This document shows, piece by piece, positions 1 through 9,219 of a stretch of 32,000 nt of DNA. Each line of letters opens with the position of its first letter. Position 1 is the first letter of the stretch. Below the pieces are notes generated by a model. That model made no database searches. It saw only the letters and a list, made by a program, of their open reading frames with translations, and had not been told where the DNA came from. The position numbers and the translations under genes are program-made. This stretch comes from Microcystis aeruginosa NIES-843 (GTDB lineage: Bacteria; Cyanobacteriota; Cyanobacteriia; Cyanobacteriales; Microcystaceae): the NCBI RefSeq assembly GCF_000010625.1, contig NC_010296.1, positions 1,230,001-1,262,000 on the forward strand. Direction: 5' to 3'.

Positions 1-280
1 TAGCTTGGGATTGGGGACAGGAATTTTCATAGATAAGATGACCGAGAGGATCGGAAATTAACAATTGCCAGACTGTGCCAAGAGGGGAAGAAGATGAAGA
101 TTTATAAAAATCCGCTTGCCAAATAGTCATAATTCAGTAAAAAGTCACCAGTAAAAAGTCAAAAAATGGTCAGGAGTAGAGGTCAACTAAAAATTTTACC
201 TTACCAAGACTTTTAAAATCTAGGAGCGAGACAAAAAAGGCTATATACTAGGGAAAGCTATAGCAAAAAATATCGAGACA

Positions 281-859
281 ATGGAAGAAAATTGGCTAGA
301 AATTGGGACAATAGTAGCACCCCAGGGACTGGAGGGAGAATTGCGAGTTTTATCGGTATCAGATTTTCCCGAACGTTTTCAGAAGCGAGGGATGAGGGGA
401 ATACAAGGACCCCAGGGGGGAGAAATCCGAGAAATTACTCTGCTCAGGGGACGTGAGCTACCGGGCAAAAATGTTTATGTTATCAAGTTAGAGGGGGTTG
501 AAAATCGGGAACAAGCCGAAGCTTTGCGCGGATATAAATTATGGGCGAATAAACTAGAAAAACCGCGCCTAAAAGCGGATGAATATCATGTTAGCGAGCT
601 AGTGAACTTAGAGGTTTATCATCACCTTACAGGAGAAAAAATCGGGGTTGTGGTAGATATTTTCTGGGCGGGTAATGACATTTTAGCAGTGCAACTAGAA
701 GCAAATCTCGCCTCTGTCAAGAAAAAAAGTCCATCCTCCGACTCAGAGGCCAGGGCCTTGGTCCCCTTCGTCAAAGAAATTGTTCCACTGGTGGATCTGA
801 AAGCGGCACGCATCGAGATTGCGCCACCACCGGGGTTATTAGAGATCAATTTATCCTAG
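281..859 (+). CDS. rimM: 16S rRNA processing protein RimM
   Basis: 192-aa ORF. The N-terminus 'WLEIGTIVAPQGLEGELRV' is typical of RimM, and the C-terminus 'LVPFVKEIVPLVDLKAARIEI' is PRC-barrel-like. Confidence 0.9.
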   Translation: MEENWLEIGTIVAPQGLEGELRVLSVSDFPERFQKRGMRGIQGPQGGEIREITLLRGRELPGKNVYVIKLEGVENREQAEALRGYKLWANKLEKPRLKADEYHVSELVNLEVYHHLTGEKIGVVVDIFWAGNDILAVQLEANLASVKKKSPSSDSEARALVPFVKEIVPLVDLKAARIEIAPPPGLLEINLS

Positions 860-936
860 TGGGACTTAAACGATCAACAAGAGTATAATAGAGTATAATC
901 GTTACAGAGTAAGCACTTGACGTTGAGAGAGCAGCG

Positions 937-1389
937 ATGAAAGAGACAACCCCAGCCGCAATGCCCCCATGCTTTGACCGATGGTGTCGGCGGTTTGACA
1001 ATTGCTTCAAAAACGAAGCGCAAAAAAACGGCTTCAGACAATATTTAGGAGGATTATTAGGGGAAAGTGAGAGGAAAAACCTCACTCAAATGGCCAATAA
1101 TGCCGTCGGAGTAGTTTATAACCGATTACATCACTTTTTGACCGAATCGACTTGGTCAGACCGTAAGGTAAATGAATGTCGGTTGCAAGTGATGAACCAA
1201 TGCCGCCAGACGGGAATCCCCCGAGGATTTGCGCTGATTGTCGATGACTCAGGACATCGAAAAAGCGGCAATCTGACCGCCGGAGTTGGGAGGCAGTACC
1301 TGGGAGAAATTGGCTCCCACAGACAAGGGAATAGTCACCGTCACTACCCATCTCTACGACGGGAAAAAAAGTTGGTAATGATTCGGTAG
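937..1389 (+). pseudogene. IS701-family transposase, N-terminal remnant (frameshifted and truncated)
   Basis: The N-terminus 'FDRWCRRFDNCF..QKNGFRQYLGGLL..ERKNLTQMA' and 'LIVDDSGHRKSG' match the IS701-type pattern. Around 1313-1325 the frame breaks: the alternative frame reads 'GIVTVTTHLYDGKK'. Only ~150 of the ~400 expected residues are present. Confidence 0.6.
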
Positions 1390-1576
1390 TAGTGGCGTAG
1401 CCCTCTTGCTTACCTGGTATGAATTGTGTAAAATATTTATTAATAAAAATAATTGCAACCCGCTCAGTCTTTAAACCTCTAGCTTGATCATGACTTTTCT
1501 AATAACTGGACTTCCCCGTTGACAAAAAGCCATAACCTATGCTGTAGGAGGGATTAAGAGAATTTCCAGCACCCCG

Positions 1577-1915
1577 TTACTGGGTACAAATCAGGGAAAC
1601 TCCCAATAAATCTAACGCTTTTTGTTGCAGTTGAGTCGGTCGAGTTATCTTAGAAAAACGATAACTTCCCTCTCTAATCGTACATTCCACTGTATTCAAG
1701 CAAATTGTCCCCAGGTCTTCCAACAAAGTCCGAAAACTATGCACAGGAAAGTTCTCTTGATTCCGTTTTTTTCTTTCCTTAGATTGCACCGATTCACTGC
1801 GACTCGCTTTAATCACATTCAGAGAACCATCATCAATTTCTTCATCCTCAAATAACAAAGGAGCCAAAGACTGTTTTAAATGCCATTCCACATAATAAGC
1901 CAACATACATAAAAA
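1577..1915 (-). pseudogene. IS1634/IS4-superfamily transposase, C-terminal remnant cut by ISL3
   Basis: The minus-strand reading runs 'FLCMLAYYVEWHLKQ...' directly from the ISL3 terminus at 1916. This is a typical C-terminal transposase motif, and no upstream part is present in the window. Confidence 0.5.
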
Positions 1916-3337
1916 GGCTCTTCGTTACCCTTTATGCTAAATCAACATACAAGATGCCAAGATAACATACTTCTAACCCAAAAATTCCGAAAGTTTCTCA
2001 AGCCATAGCCTCTCCGTTTTATTAGTTTAAGTTTATTGTTGATTCCCTCGACCACCCCATTCGTTGTCCTTCGCTCAAAATAACTAATGATTTCTCCAAA
2101 CCAGTTTCGGATTGTTTGACAACTCTTGGTAAAAACAATGGAGGATTTTGCCAACCATTCCGAGATGGATAGCAGTCCCTCTGTCGGATTCTTTGAGGTT
2201 TCATAAATCTTTCTGAATTCTTCCTTTAATTCCTGCATCTTTTTCAAATTTGGGAATTTTTCTTTGATAGCTTCTAGTTTAATTTTTTGGGGTTCCGTTA
2301 AATCTTCTTCATTTTTTAACAGGCTATATTTACTTCGCTTTAAAACTTCTAGCTTCGCTTCTTTTTCCGCTTTCTGTTTTTTATTTTTCTGCGCTTCTAC
2401 GGCTCTTTTTTCCGCTCTTCTCTGTTCGTCTAACTCTTGATTAATTTGTTTCATGACATGGAATCTATCGGCGACTACCTCGGCCGATGGCATCAATTCT
2501 TTCACCAAATTTTTATAGGGCAACCAAAGGTCTATGCTCACTTCTTCAATTTGCTCTAACACCTCTTTTCCCCACCCAGTAAGCGTTTCCCTCAACTCTT
2601 CTTGTGTTCGCTTCTCTAGAATAGCTATTAGTTTTCCCGTATCTAAATTTACTAAAACCGCACAGTAATTTTTTTGTCCTTTGACTAGAGCGATTTCATC
2701 AATTCCTAGTCTTTTTAATTCCGATAGGTCTGGCTCTGTAATTTCTTCGGCGATGTCCTCTATCATTCTTTGAATCTCTTCTTCCGTTACGTCATTTATT
2801 CGACTAACATTTAAAATATCTCCTTCTTTTAATTGTTCGAGTATATTTGCGGCTAGTCTTTTCGTATAGGTTCGTTTCTTGGCGACAAAATCTAACTCTT
2901 CGCTCAAGGGTTTCTGACAATTATCGCACTTAAATTGACGACGATTAACTTGTAGGTATACTGGTTGACCTGAGATTGGTAAATCTTTGACTAAATGTCG
3001 ATGATTTTGGTGGAGTTTATCGCTCTCTAACCCACAACGAGGACAGGTTGCTTTTTGATTTTTCGATTCGATTCGGCAAACTATACCGATATTTTCTAGG
3101 TGTAGATAGCCTTGAATACAGGTTCCTTTTAGGTTCAAAAATTTGTCAAGTATCATAAGTAAAATAATCTCGTTTTTGGCTATTATATCAAATCTTAACT
3201 CAATTGTCTATCTTTTGGTATTAACCTGTTTGTGCCTTAAGTCCTTCCCTGTATGGATTTCAGCTACTTTTGAGCGTAGGCGCTCTCATCGAATTTTATT
3301 TTAAGTTAATTATTTGCATAACAATTCCCGAAGAGCC
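1916..3337 (-). mobile_element. ISL3-family insertion sequence, copy 1 (1422 bp)
   Basis: The termini are GGCTCTTCGGGAATTGTTATGC (reverse-complemented at 3337) and GGCTCTTCGTTACCCTTTATGC (at 1916). It is near-identical to the copy at 17304-18725 and has no 8-bp target duplication. Confidence 0.9.
1942..3156 (-). CDS. ISL3 family transposase
   Basis: 404-aa ORF with an N-terminal zinc finger (CPRCG...CDNC) and a DDE_Tnp_ISL3-like C-terminus ('TNGVVEGINNKLKLIKRRGYG'). Confidence 0.95.
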   Translation of the reverse strand: MILDKFLNLKGTCIQGYLHLENIGIVCRIESKNQKATCPRCGLESDKLHQNHRHLVKDLPISGQPVYLQVNRRQFKCDNCQKPLSEELDFVAKKRTYTKRLAANILEQLKEGDILNVSRINDVTEEEIQRMIEDIAEEITEPDLSELKRLGIDEIALVKGQKNYCAVLVNLDTGKLIAILEKRTQEELRETLTGWGKEVLEQIEEVSIDLWLPYKNLVKELMPSAEVVADRFHVMKQINQELDEQRRAEKRAVEAQKNKKQKAEKEAKLEVLKRSKYSLLKNEEDLTEPQKIKLEAIKEKFPNLKKMQELKEEFRKIYETSKNPTEGLLSISEWLAKSSIVFTKSCQTIRNWFGEIISYFERRTTNGVVEGINNKLKLIKRRGYGLRNFRNFWVRSMLSWHLVC

Positions 3338-3381
3338 TGAATATGTCTCTACCGCTATAATGAAGTCGCAAAATAAAACCT

Positions 3382-3969
3382 TTGCTTGAACCGATGACGA
3401 CTTCCTTGACTGAGAGTCTCACCCTTGAAGATTTCCTCAAATTGCCATATTTGGAGGATTCTCCAGCATGGGAATACTTGCATGGAGTCGCAATTCAGAA
3501 ACCCATGCCTAAGACTCGACACTCTATCCTGCAAAAACGTCTTTTAGCTGAGGTTGACAGCCACACTGCTGATTATACAGCCTTACCTGAGTTGCGATGT
3601 ACCTTCGGCGGGCGTTCGATCGTTCCTGATGTGGCGGTAATTGCCTGGAATCGAATTAACCTAAATGAAGCAGGTGAACCAGAGGACGACTTTAGGGAAG
3701 CACCTGATTGGACTATCGAAATTCTTTCACCGGATCAAAAGGTAAACCGTGTAATTGACAACATTTTACATTGTTTAAAACACGGCAGTAAATTAGGATG
3801 GATGCTTGATCCAGATGATTATTCTGTTTTAATGTTTACTCCCCAACAAGAGCCGGAAGTTTGCAGAGGGGATCACCAACTTAAGGTAATTGCAGGGGTT
3901 CAGTTGACACTGACTCCACAACAAATCTTTGCCTGGCTAAAAGTTAGTCAAGCTAGACAGAGTAAGTAG
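3382..3969 (+). CDS. Uma2-family (DUF820) PD-(D/E)XK endonuclease
   Basis: The motifs 'IVPDVAVI' and 'APDWTIEILSP' fit the Uma2 D...E-x-S pattern. The start is ambiguous (TTG at 3382 or ATG at 3394). Confidence 0.8.
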   Translation: MLEPMTTSLTESLTLEDFLKLPYLEDSPAWEYLHGVAIQKPMPKTRHSILQKRLLAEVDSHTADYTALPELRCTFGGRSIVPDVAVIAWNRINLNEAGEPEDDFREAPDWTIEILSPDQKVNRVIDNILHCLKHGSKLGWMLDPDDYSVLMFTPQQEPEVCRGDHQLKVIAGVQLTLTPQQIFAWLKVSQARQSK

Positions 3970-4106
3970 AAGTCGGGGGAGAAGCACGAGGACTAACTTG
4001 GTCGTTAGACGGAATTCAATGCTTTTAAGGTTAAGTAAGTGGTTATAATTAAATTGAAGATAGATTTTGTCTTTGATCCCCCCTGCCTCCTTGATAAGGG
4101 TGGTAT

Positions 4107-4889
4107 ATGATAATTTTTAACACCTACCTACTTATGACGTTGAAAGAATTTTTTAAGCGGCGATTTGAAGAACTAGATGAGCAAGCATCCCAATTAGAAT
4201 CTTCTAAAAAAGTTCTCCAAAGAGAGATAATTGGCACTGGTGAATTTATCGATAGCTACTTACTTTTAAGCTGGAAGGTAAAAGTAAGAAACTTATTGTC
4301 TAAACTTTGTGGTGAAGATTCTCAGTACTTTAAACAATTTGAGCGGAAAGAGAACGGGCATACAACTTATGGGATGTTTAAGGCATTTAAAGCGGTATTT
4401 TTGGCAGCAAAAGAAGATTTTGAGGGTGGTTATCTCTCGTCTATTAAAACACTGGTTCAAGCCGAAGTTTTTGATTCTCAGCTTGAACAAGCAAATGAGC
4501 TTTTTTCTAGTGGTTATTATACCGCTGCGGCTGTGATTGCAGGAGTTGTGTTAGAGACGGCATTGCGAGAGTTATGTGATAGAAGTGGGATTCCGCATGG
4601 GAAGTTAGGGACTTGCGCTTTGATAATGTACCATTTATGGCTTGTCTGATTCTTCTACAGAGCGACTGTCTGGCTGGGATATTATTCCTACGCAGGTCCT
4701 TTAGATAAAATGAATTCCGACTTGGCAAAAGCTGGTGTATATAACAAACTTAATCAAAAGCGAATAACAGCGATCGCAGATATTCGTAATAGTGCTGCCC
4801 ATGGAAAACAGAATGAATTTACAGTTCAAGATGTTTCTGACATGATTAAAGATGTTAGCCGATTTCTTGCCGACTACCTTGTAGATTAG
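4107..4889 (+). pseudogene. DUF4145/HEPN-like protein gene interrupted by a 92-bp MITE
   Basis: The N-terminal part is 4107-4608 and the C-terminal part is 4705-4889, both in the same frame. Removing 4609-4704 restores '...IPHGKLDKMNSDLAKAGVYNKL...IADIRNSAAHGK', which carries an Rx4H HEPN-type motif. The insert contains a stop codon. The likely true start is ATG 4134. Confidence 0.65.
4609..4700. mobile_element. MITE, 92 bp, possibly IS5-mobilised
   Basis: The imperfect ~24-bp terminal inverted repeats are GGACTTGCGCTTTGATAATGTACC and GGACCTGCGTAGGAATAATATCCC (reverse complement). It is flanked by a TTAG duplication (4605-4608 and 4701-4704), which fits the YTAR target of IS5-type elements. 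Confidence 0.7.
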
Positions 4890-4946
4890 CTTGTCTAACA
4901 AGTGGGATAGGAAATTATCGGCATTGGGATTTTTCCCTATTGAATT

Positions 4947-5213
4947 ATGACTGAACTGCTCCAACAGGCGATCGCTAAAATCCCAGAACTCCCACCCGAT
5001 CAGCAAGATGCGATCGCCGCTCGATTTTTGGCAGAGTTGCGGGATGAGGAAAAGTGGGAAACCCGTTTTGCTGCCACAACAGACGAGCAAGGGGAGACGA
5101 TGGCAGCAATGGTGCGGCAGGAAATAGCGGAAGTTGACATACCCCACGCCGTTTACGACGTGGATTCTTCTCGCATCACTGCTGTGAATTTCTGGCTCAA
5201 CGAGTCCACTTGA
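4947..5213 (+). CDS. small hypothetical protein with an antitoxin-like N-terminus
   Basis: 88-aa ORF. The 'LLQQAIAKIPELPPDQQDAIAARFLAEL' pattern recurs in small cyanobacterial addiction-module-type proteins. No intact partner gene follows. Confidence 0.4.
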   Translation: MTELLQQAIAKIPELPPDQQDAIAARFLAELRDEEKWETRFAATTDEQGETMAAMVRQEIAEVDIPHAVYDVDSSRITAVNFWLNEST

Positions 5214-5554
5214 ATTAGATTCCTGGCGAAATCCCACCCAGAGGTGGTTCTCTCCTCAGACTTTCGCGACCTTACAGAAGCCTGTTTTCGGGGTCCCCTA
5301 CGATACAGTTCAAAACCTCTAAAATAATTGGTTTCTCTGGTACTTGACGCTGAGAGCTTTTACCTATAGGAGCACTCCCCTAGAGAACCCCATAACTCTA
5401 GTTTTCAAGGTGCGTTCATCGGTTGATGACTGGGTTTTTTAAGCGGTTGCTTACCCTGCCCCCTATTCTTAATAGCATACTAGAGCATCAATTTTGTTTT
5501 GAGGGATAAAAAAAGAGCTAATCTGGAAGAAGTTATCCAACTTCAGACAAAAAA

Positions 5555-6883
5555 ATGCCGAAGAAAAAATATATTGTAGAGCTAACAGACTCCGAAAGAA
5601 CTGAACTCGAGCAGCTAACCAAGAAAGGAAAAATAGCAGCTTACAAAATGAACCATGCCAGAATACTACTTTTAGCAGACGTCAATCAACAGGAAGGTGG
5701 TTGGGAGCATCTCACTTACGCGATAAGTAATTATACTTAGCCTAAAAGCCACTCTTAATCGTGTCTTGGAACGAAATAGAGGCTTTTAAAGACTGCGTAC
5801 ATGGAGAATTAAAACAAGAATTACCCTCGAAAAGCCTATTTTTCCACTAAGTATTTATGCTCATTGCAAAGGTGAGATGCTCCCAGGTGGTTGGACTGAC
5901 TCGAAAATTAGTGAAGCCTTAAATGTTGCTCAAGCCACCATTGAGAGAGTACGACAAAGATTTGTCGAGTCAGGAATTGAATCATCATTAACTCGAAAAA
6001 AGCAAGAACATCGCCGTGCCAAAATTATCGATGGGGAAAAGGAAGCAGATCTGATTGCCATCGCTTGTAGTGAAACACCAACGGGACGAGCAAAATGGAC
6101 ACTTCAAATGCTGGCAGATAAAATGGTCGAACTTGAATATGTGGAAAAAATATCACGAGAAACCATCAGAAAAACCTTAAAAAAAATGAATTGAAACCAT
6201 GGCTGAATCAATCATGGGTCATTCCCCCAAAAGAATCAGCGGAGTTTGTCTGTGCCATGGAAGATGTCTTGGATATTTATCATAGTGAGTATGACCAGCA
6301 AAATCCCTGGCTGTGTTTTGATGAGAGTTGTCAACAATTAGTCAAAGAAACAAAAGAGAAAATACCAGCCGAACCGAGAGAACCAGAAAGGTATGACTAT
6401 CAATATGAGCGTAATGGTGTAGCCAATATGTTTATGTTTTTTGAACCATTACAAGGTTGGCGACATGTAGAAGTTACACAACAAAGGACGGCGAGCGATT
6501 ATGCACACCAAATGAAATATTTGGTTGATGAGCGTTATCCGGATGCCCAGAAAATTAGAGTAATTCAAGACAACTTAAATACTCATGTAAAAGCCTCATT
6601 ATATAAAGCCTTTGAACCGGAAGAGGCCAAGAGAATTTTAGATAAACTCGAATTTCATTACACTCCCAAACATGGCAGCTGGTTAAATATGGCAGAAATT
6701 GAGTTGAGCGTTTTGAATCGTCAATGTCTCGAGCGTCGTATCCCAGACATGGATAGTTTAAAACAAGAAATTAAGGCATGGGAAGAAAATCGAAATGAAA
6801 AGTCAAATTCAGTTGACTGGAGATTTACTACTGCTGATGCTCGTATTAAATTAAAAAAACTCTATCCCTCAATTCAAACTTGA
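5555..6883 (+). pseudogene. IS630-family DDE transposase, split by a MITE and by a frame change at an A8 run
   Basis: Three ORF pieces (5555-5740, 5877-6194, 6191-6883) join into one HTH plus DDE protein containing 'CFDES', 'VIQDNLNTH' and 'LNMAEIELS'. This requires removing 5703-5892 and applying a -1 shift at 6179-6186. Confidence 0.85.
5703..5884 (+). mobile_element. 182-bp MITE, copy A (TIR GGGAGCATCTCAC)
   Basis: It has perfect 13-bp terminal inverted repeats and an 8-bp duplication AGGTGGTT (5695-5702 and 5885-5892). It reads as identical to the copies at 9397-9578 and 27652-27833. Confidence 0.9.
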
Positions 6884-7033
6884 CAGACTAATACATCAGA
6901 TCAAGTCGCCCTTTTAGGGCGAGGCTTTAAACCCAATTTTTCGGTAAAGTTTTGCCAAGGCAAAGATGAAGTCAAGTGTCACCAACTAGCCGAAGCTAAA
7001 ATATAGGGGCAATCTTGAAATCAGGGCAAGCTA

Positions 7034-7306
7034 ATGACAGTACGACAACGACGTTATCCCAAAGAAGAACTAGCCCGGCGCGGGCAGCAGCTTTATGAGT
7101 CTGGTATTCGCCAGCAAGTGGAAGCGGGCAACGAGGGCAAAATTGTGGCAATTGACATCGAAACCGGGGATTTTGAGGTTGATGAAACCGTTATGGGTGC
7201 AACCGAGCGCCTATTTGAGCGCCGGCCGGATGCCCAGCCTTGGGGAATTCGGATTGGGTATCCCGCCGTTTATCATTTTGGTTCGAGAAGCCTGAAAAAG
7301 AACTAA
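7034..7306 (+). CDS. small conserved protein upstream of the retropepsin gene (family uncertain, possibly DUF5678-like)
   Basis: 90-aa ORF whose stop overlaps the next gene's ATG (TAATG at 7304-7308). Confidence 0.55.
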   Translation: MTVRQRRYPKEELARRGQQLYESGIRQQVEAGNEGKIVAIDIETGDFEVDETVMGATERLFERRPDAQPWGIRIGYPAVYHFGSRSLKKN

Positions 7307-7674
7307 TGATATACGGAGTCGTAAATTGGCGGCGTGAAGCCACACTCCCTTTGGTAGTTGCTAACTCAATCGGGCAAAGAGAAGTCATAAAAACCGTTAT
7401 TGATACGGGATTCGATGGGTTTTTATCTTTACCATCAGAAATCATTGCTCGTCTTGAACTACCCTGGACTATCTCGAATCTAGCAACCCTGGGGGATGGT
7501 AGTCAAGTATTATTTGACTTTTATGCTGGCACTGTTATTTGGGATGGGCAGTACCGCACGATTGATATTGCAGAATCGGAGACAGAACCACTGCTAGGAT
7601 TGGCTATGCTCTATGGCTATCGCTTACAAGTCGATAATATTGAGGGCGGTATTGTTAAAATTGAAGAGCTATGA
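7306..7674 (+). CDS. clan AA (retropepsin-like) aspartic protease
   Basis: It carries the 'VIDTGFDGFLSLP' D-T-G catalytic motif in a ~122-aa single-domain protein. The start is taken as ATG 7306 inside the track ORF 7240-7674. Confidence 0.75.
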   Translation: MIYGVVNWRREATLPLVVANSIGQREVIKTVIDTGFDGFLSLPSEIIARLELPWTISNLATLGDGSQVLFDFYAGTVIWDGQYRTIDIAESETEPLLGLAMLYGYRLQVDNIEGGIVKIEEL

Positions 7675-7864
7675 TTCGTGGTGAGGCTTTGTCTAACTAT
7701 TCGCTGTACTTGGACGGACGAATGATCGCTGCCGGTGTTGAACGAGAGGGATCGCGTCCGCCCGTAAGCTCATGGCCGTTGATGACTTCTCTTGGGGTGA
7801 AGGGGATTCATCCATACCCAAACTAAACTGCGGCCAGTAAATTAGTAAATAAAATGTCAAAAAT

Positions 7865-8050
7865 GGTTCTTCGGTTGGTGCTATGCGATGGACGGAGTTA
7901 TAAGGGATGAAACCTTTATAGAGAAGGACATTGATGCGATTTTTGTCAATTGTTTTCGATCTAGAACGAACTAATCAATAGAACTCTTGCCAGATAAGGA
8001 TTTAGTCGATTTATGCCACCCTATTGAACCATACCAAGTAACGAAGAACC
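7865..8050. mobile_element. ISL3-derived MITE, 186 bp
   Basis: Its ends GGTTCTTCGGTTGGTGCTATGC and GTAACGAAGAACC resemble the ISL3 ends in this window. The 8-bp duplication is TCAAAAAT (7857-7864 and 8051-8058). Confidence 0.85.
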
Positions 8051-8147
8051 TCAAAAATTAAAAGTCCTCTGCGCTATCCAGGGGGGAAATCCCGGGCAAT
8101 TAAGCAAATTCTGCCGCAAATTCCTGTGAATATTAGGGAATATCGAG

Positions 8148-8335
8148 GGCTCTTCGGTTTGTGTTATGCAATGGACGGGGGTTATAAGGGATGAAACCCT
8201 TATATAGAAAGACATTGCTGCGATTTTTGCCAATTGTTTTCGATCTAGAGCGAACTAATCAATTAAGTCTCTTGCCAGATAAGGATTCAGTCGATTTATG
8301 CCCCCATATCGAACCATACTAAGTAACGAAGAACC
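8148..8335. mobile_element. ISL3-derived MITE, 188 bp
   Basis: Its ends are GGCTCTTCGGTTTGTGTTATGC and GTAACGAAGAACC. The 8-bp duplication is ATATCGAG (8140-8147 and 8336-8343). Confidence 0.85.
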
Positions 8336-9219
8336 ATATCGAGAACCTTTTTTTGGTGGGGGTTCTGTATTTTTTGCTGTTAAGCAACTCTTTGATCAAC
8401 AAATAAAAACCTATTGGATTAATGACTTAAATTATGATTTATATTGTTTCTGGCAATGCGCTCAAGAAAATATTGAGTTATTGGTAGCAAAAATAACAGA
8501 AATTAAACAGGAATATGATAATGGACGAGAATTATTTCAAGATTTGACAAGGGAAGATTTAAAGTTAACCGACTTTGAGAAAGCGGTGCGTTTTTTTATT
8601 TTAAATCGGATTACTTTTTCGGGAACAGTGGATTCTGGTGGCTATTCCCAAGCGGCTTTTACCAGTAGATTTACTGATTCATCAATTGCCAGATTAACTC
8701 AAATTGCGCCGTTATTAGCATCGGTCAAAATTACTAACCAAGACTACGAAGAATTATTATTTGCTGAGGGAAAAGAAGTTTTTATCTTCCTCGATCCCCC
8801 CTACTATAGTGCCACAAAATCCCGTTTATACGGCGTAAGAGGGAATTTACATACCAGCTTCGATCATCAACGTTTTGCCGATAATATGCGTCAATGTCAG
8901 GCTAAATGGTTAATTACCTACGATGATTGTCCAGAGATACGAAAACTCTTTGATTTTGCCCATATTATCGAGTGGAATCTTCAGTATGGCATGAATAATT
9001 ATAAACAAGGAGCGGCGGCATCCGGCAGAGAATTAATGATCAAAAATTATTAGTGCCAGATTGTAGTGGAGTATTTATCTACCATAATTTAGCCGGCATT
9101 ATTGATGAAGATTTGGAAAAATCCTCAGCAGCCTTGCTAAGTAGTCATGCAAAATTAATTACCCAAATAAAAAATTAAGAAGTATAATACATAAAAAAAC
9201 GAAGCAGCAGGAAAATACA

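Larger units (their letters stand above)
5483..6888 (+). mobile_element. IS630-family element no. 1 (about 1216 bp without its nested MITE)
   Basis: The terminal repeats are GAGCATCAATTTTGTTTTGAGGG and GTCTGTCAAGTTTGAATTGAGGG (reverse complement). TA flanks both ends (5481-5482 and 6889-6890). Confidence 0.7.
7854..9053 (+). pseudogene. Dam-like (D12 class) N6-adenine DNA methyltransferase, disrupted by two MITEs
   Basis: Removing 7865-8058 and 8148-8343 restores '[44 protein letters not shown]...FLDPPY'. This is a paralog of the intact gene at 21386-22195. Confidence 0.85.

Noticed and set aside
4701-5237. A 178-aa minus-strand ORF.
   Set aside because: It overlaps the C-terminal half of the HEPN/DUF4145 gene and the 88-aa plus-strand ORF, has a Cys/Leu-rich nonsense-like composition, and carries no motif.
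5214-5330. A possible degraded RelE/ParE-type toxin gene after the antitoxin-like ORF.
   Set aside because: The translations in all frames show no toxin motif that I can defend, so this is left as uncertain intergenic DNA.
6907-6925. A short hairpin, TCGCCC-TTTTA-GGGCGA, just outside the IS630 no. 1 right end.
   Set aside because: It has only a 6-bp stem and no associated upstream gene end, so it is not convincing as a terminator.
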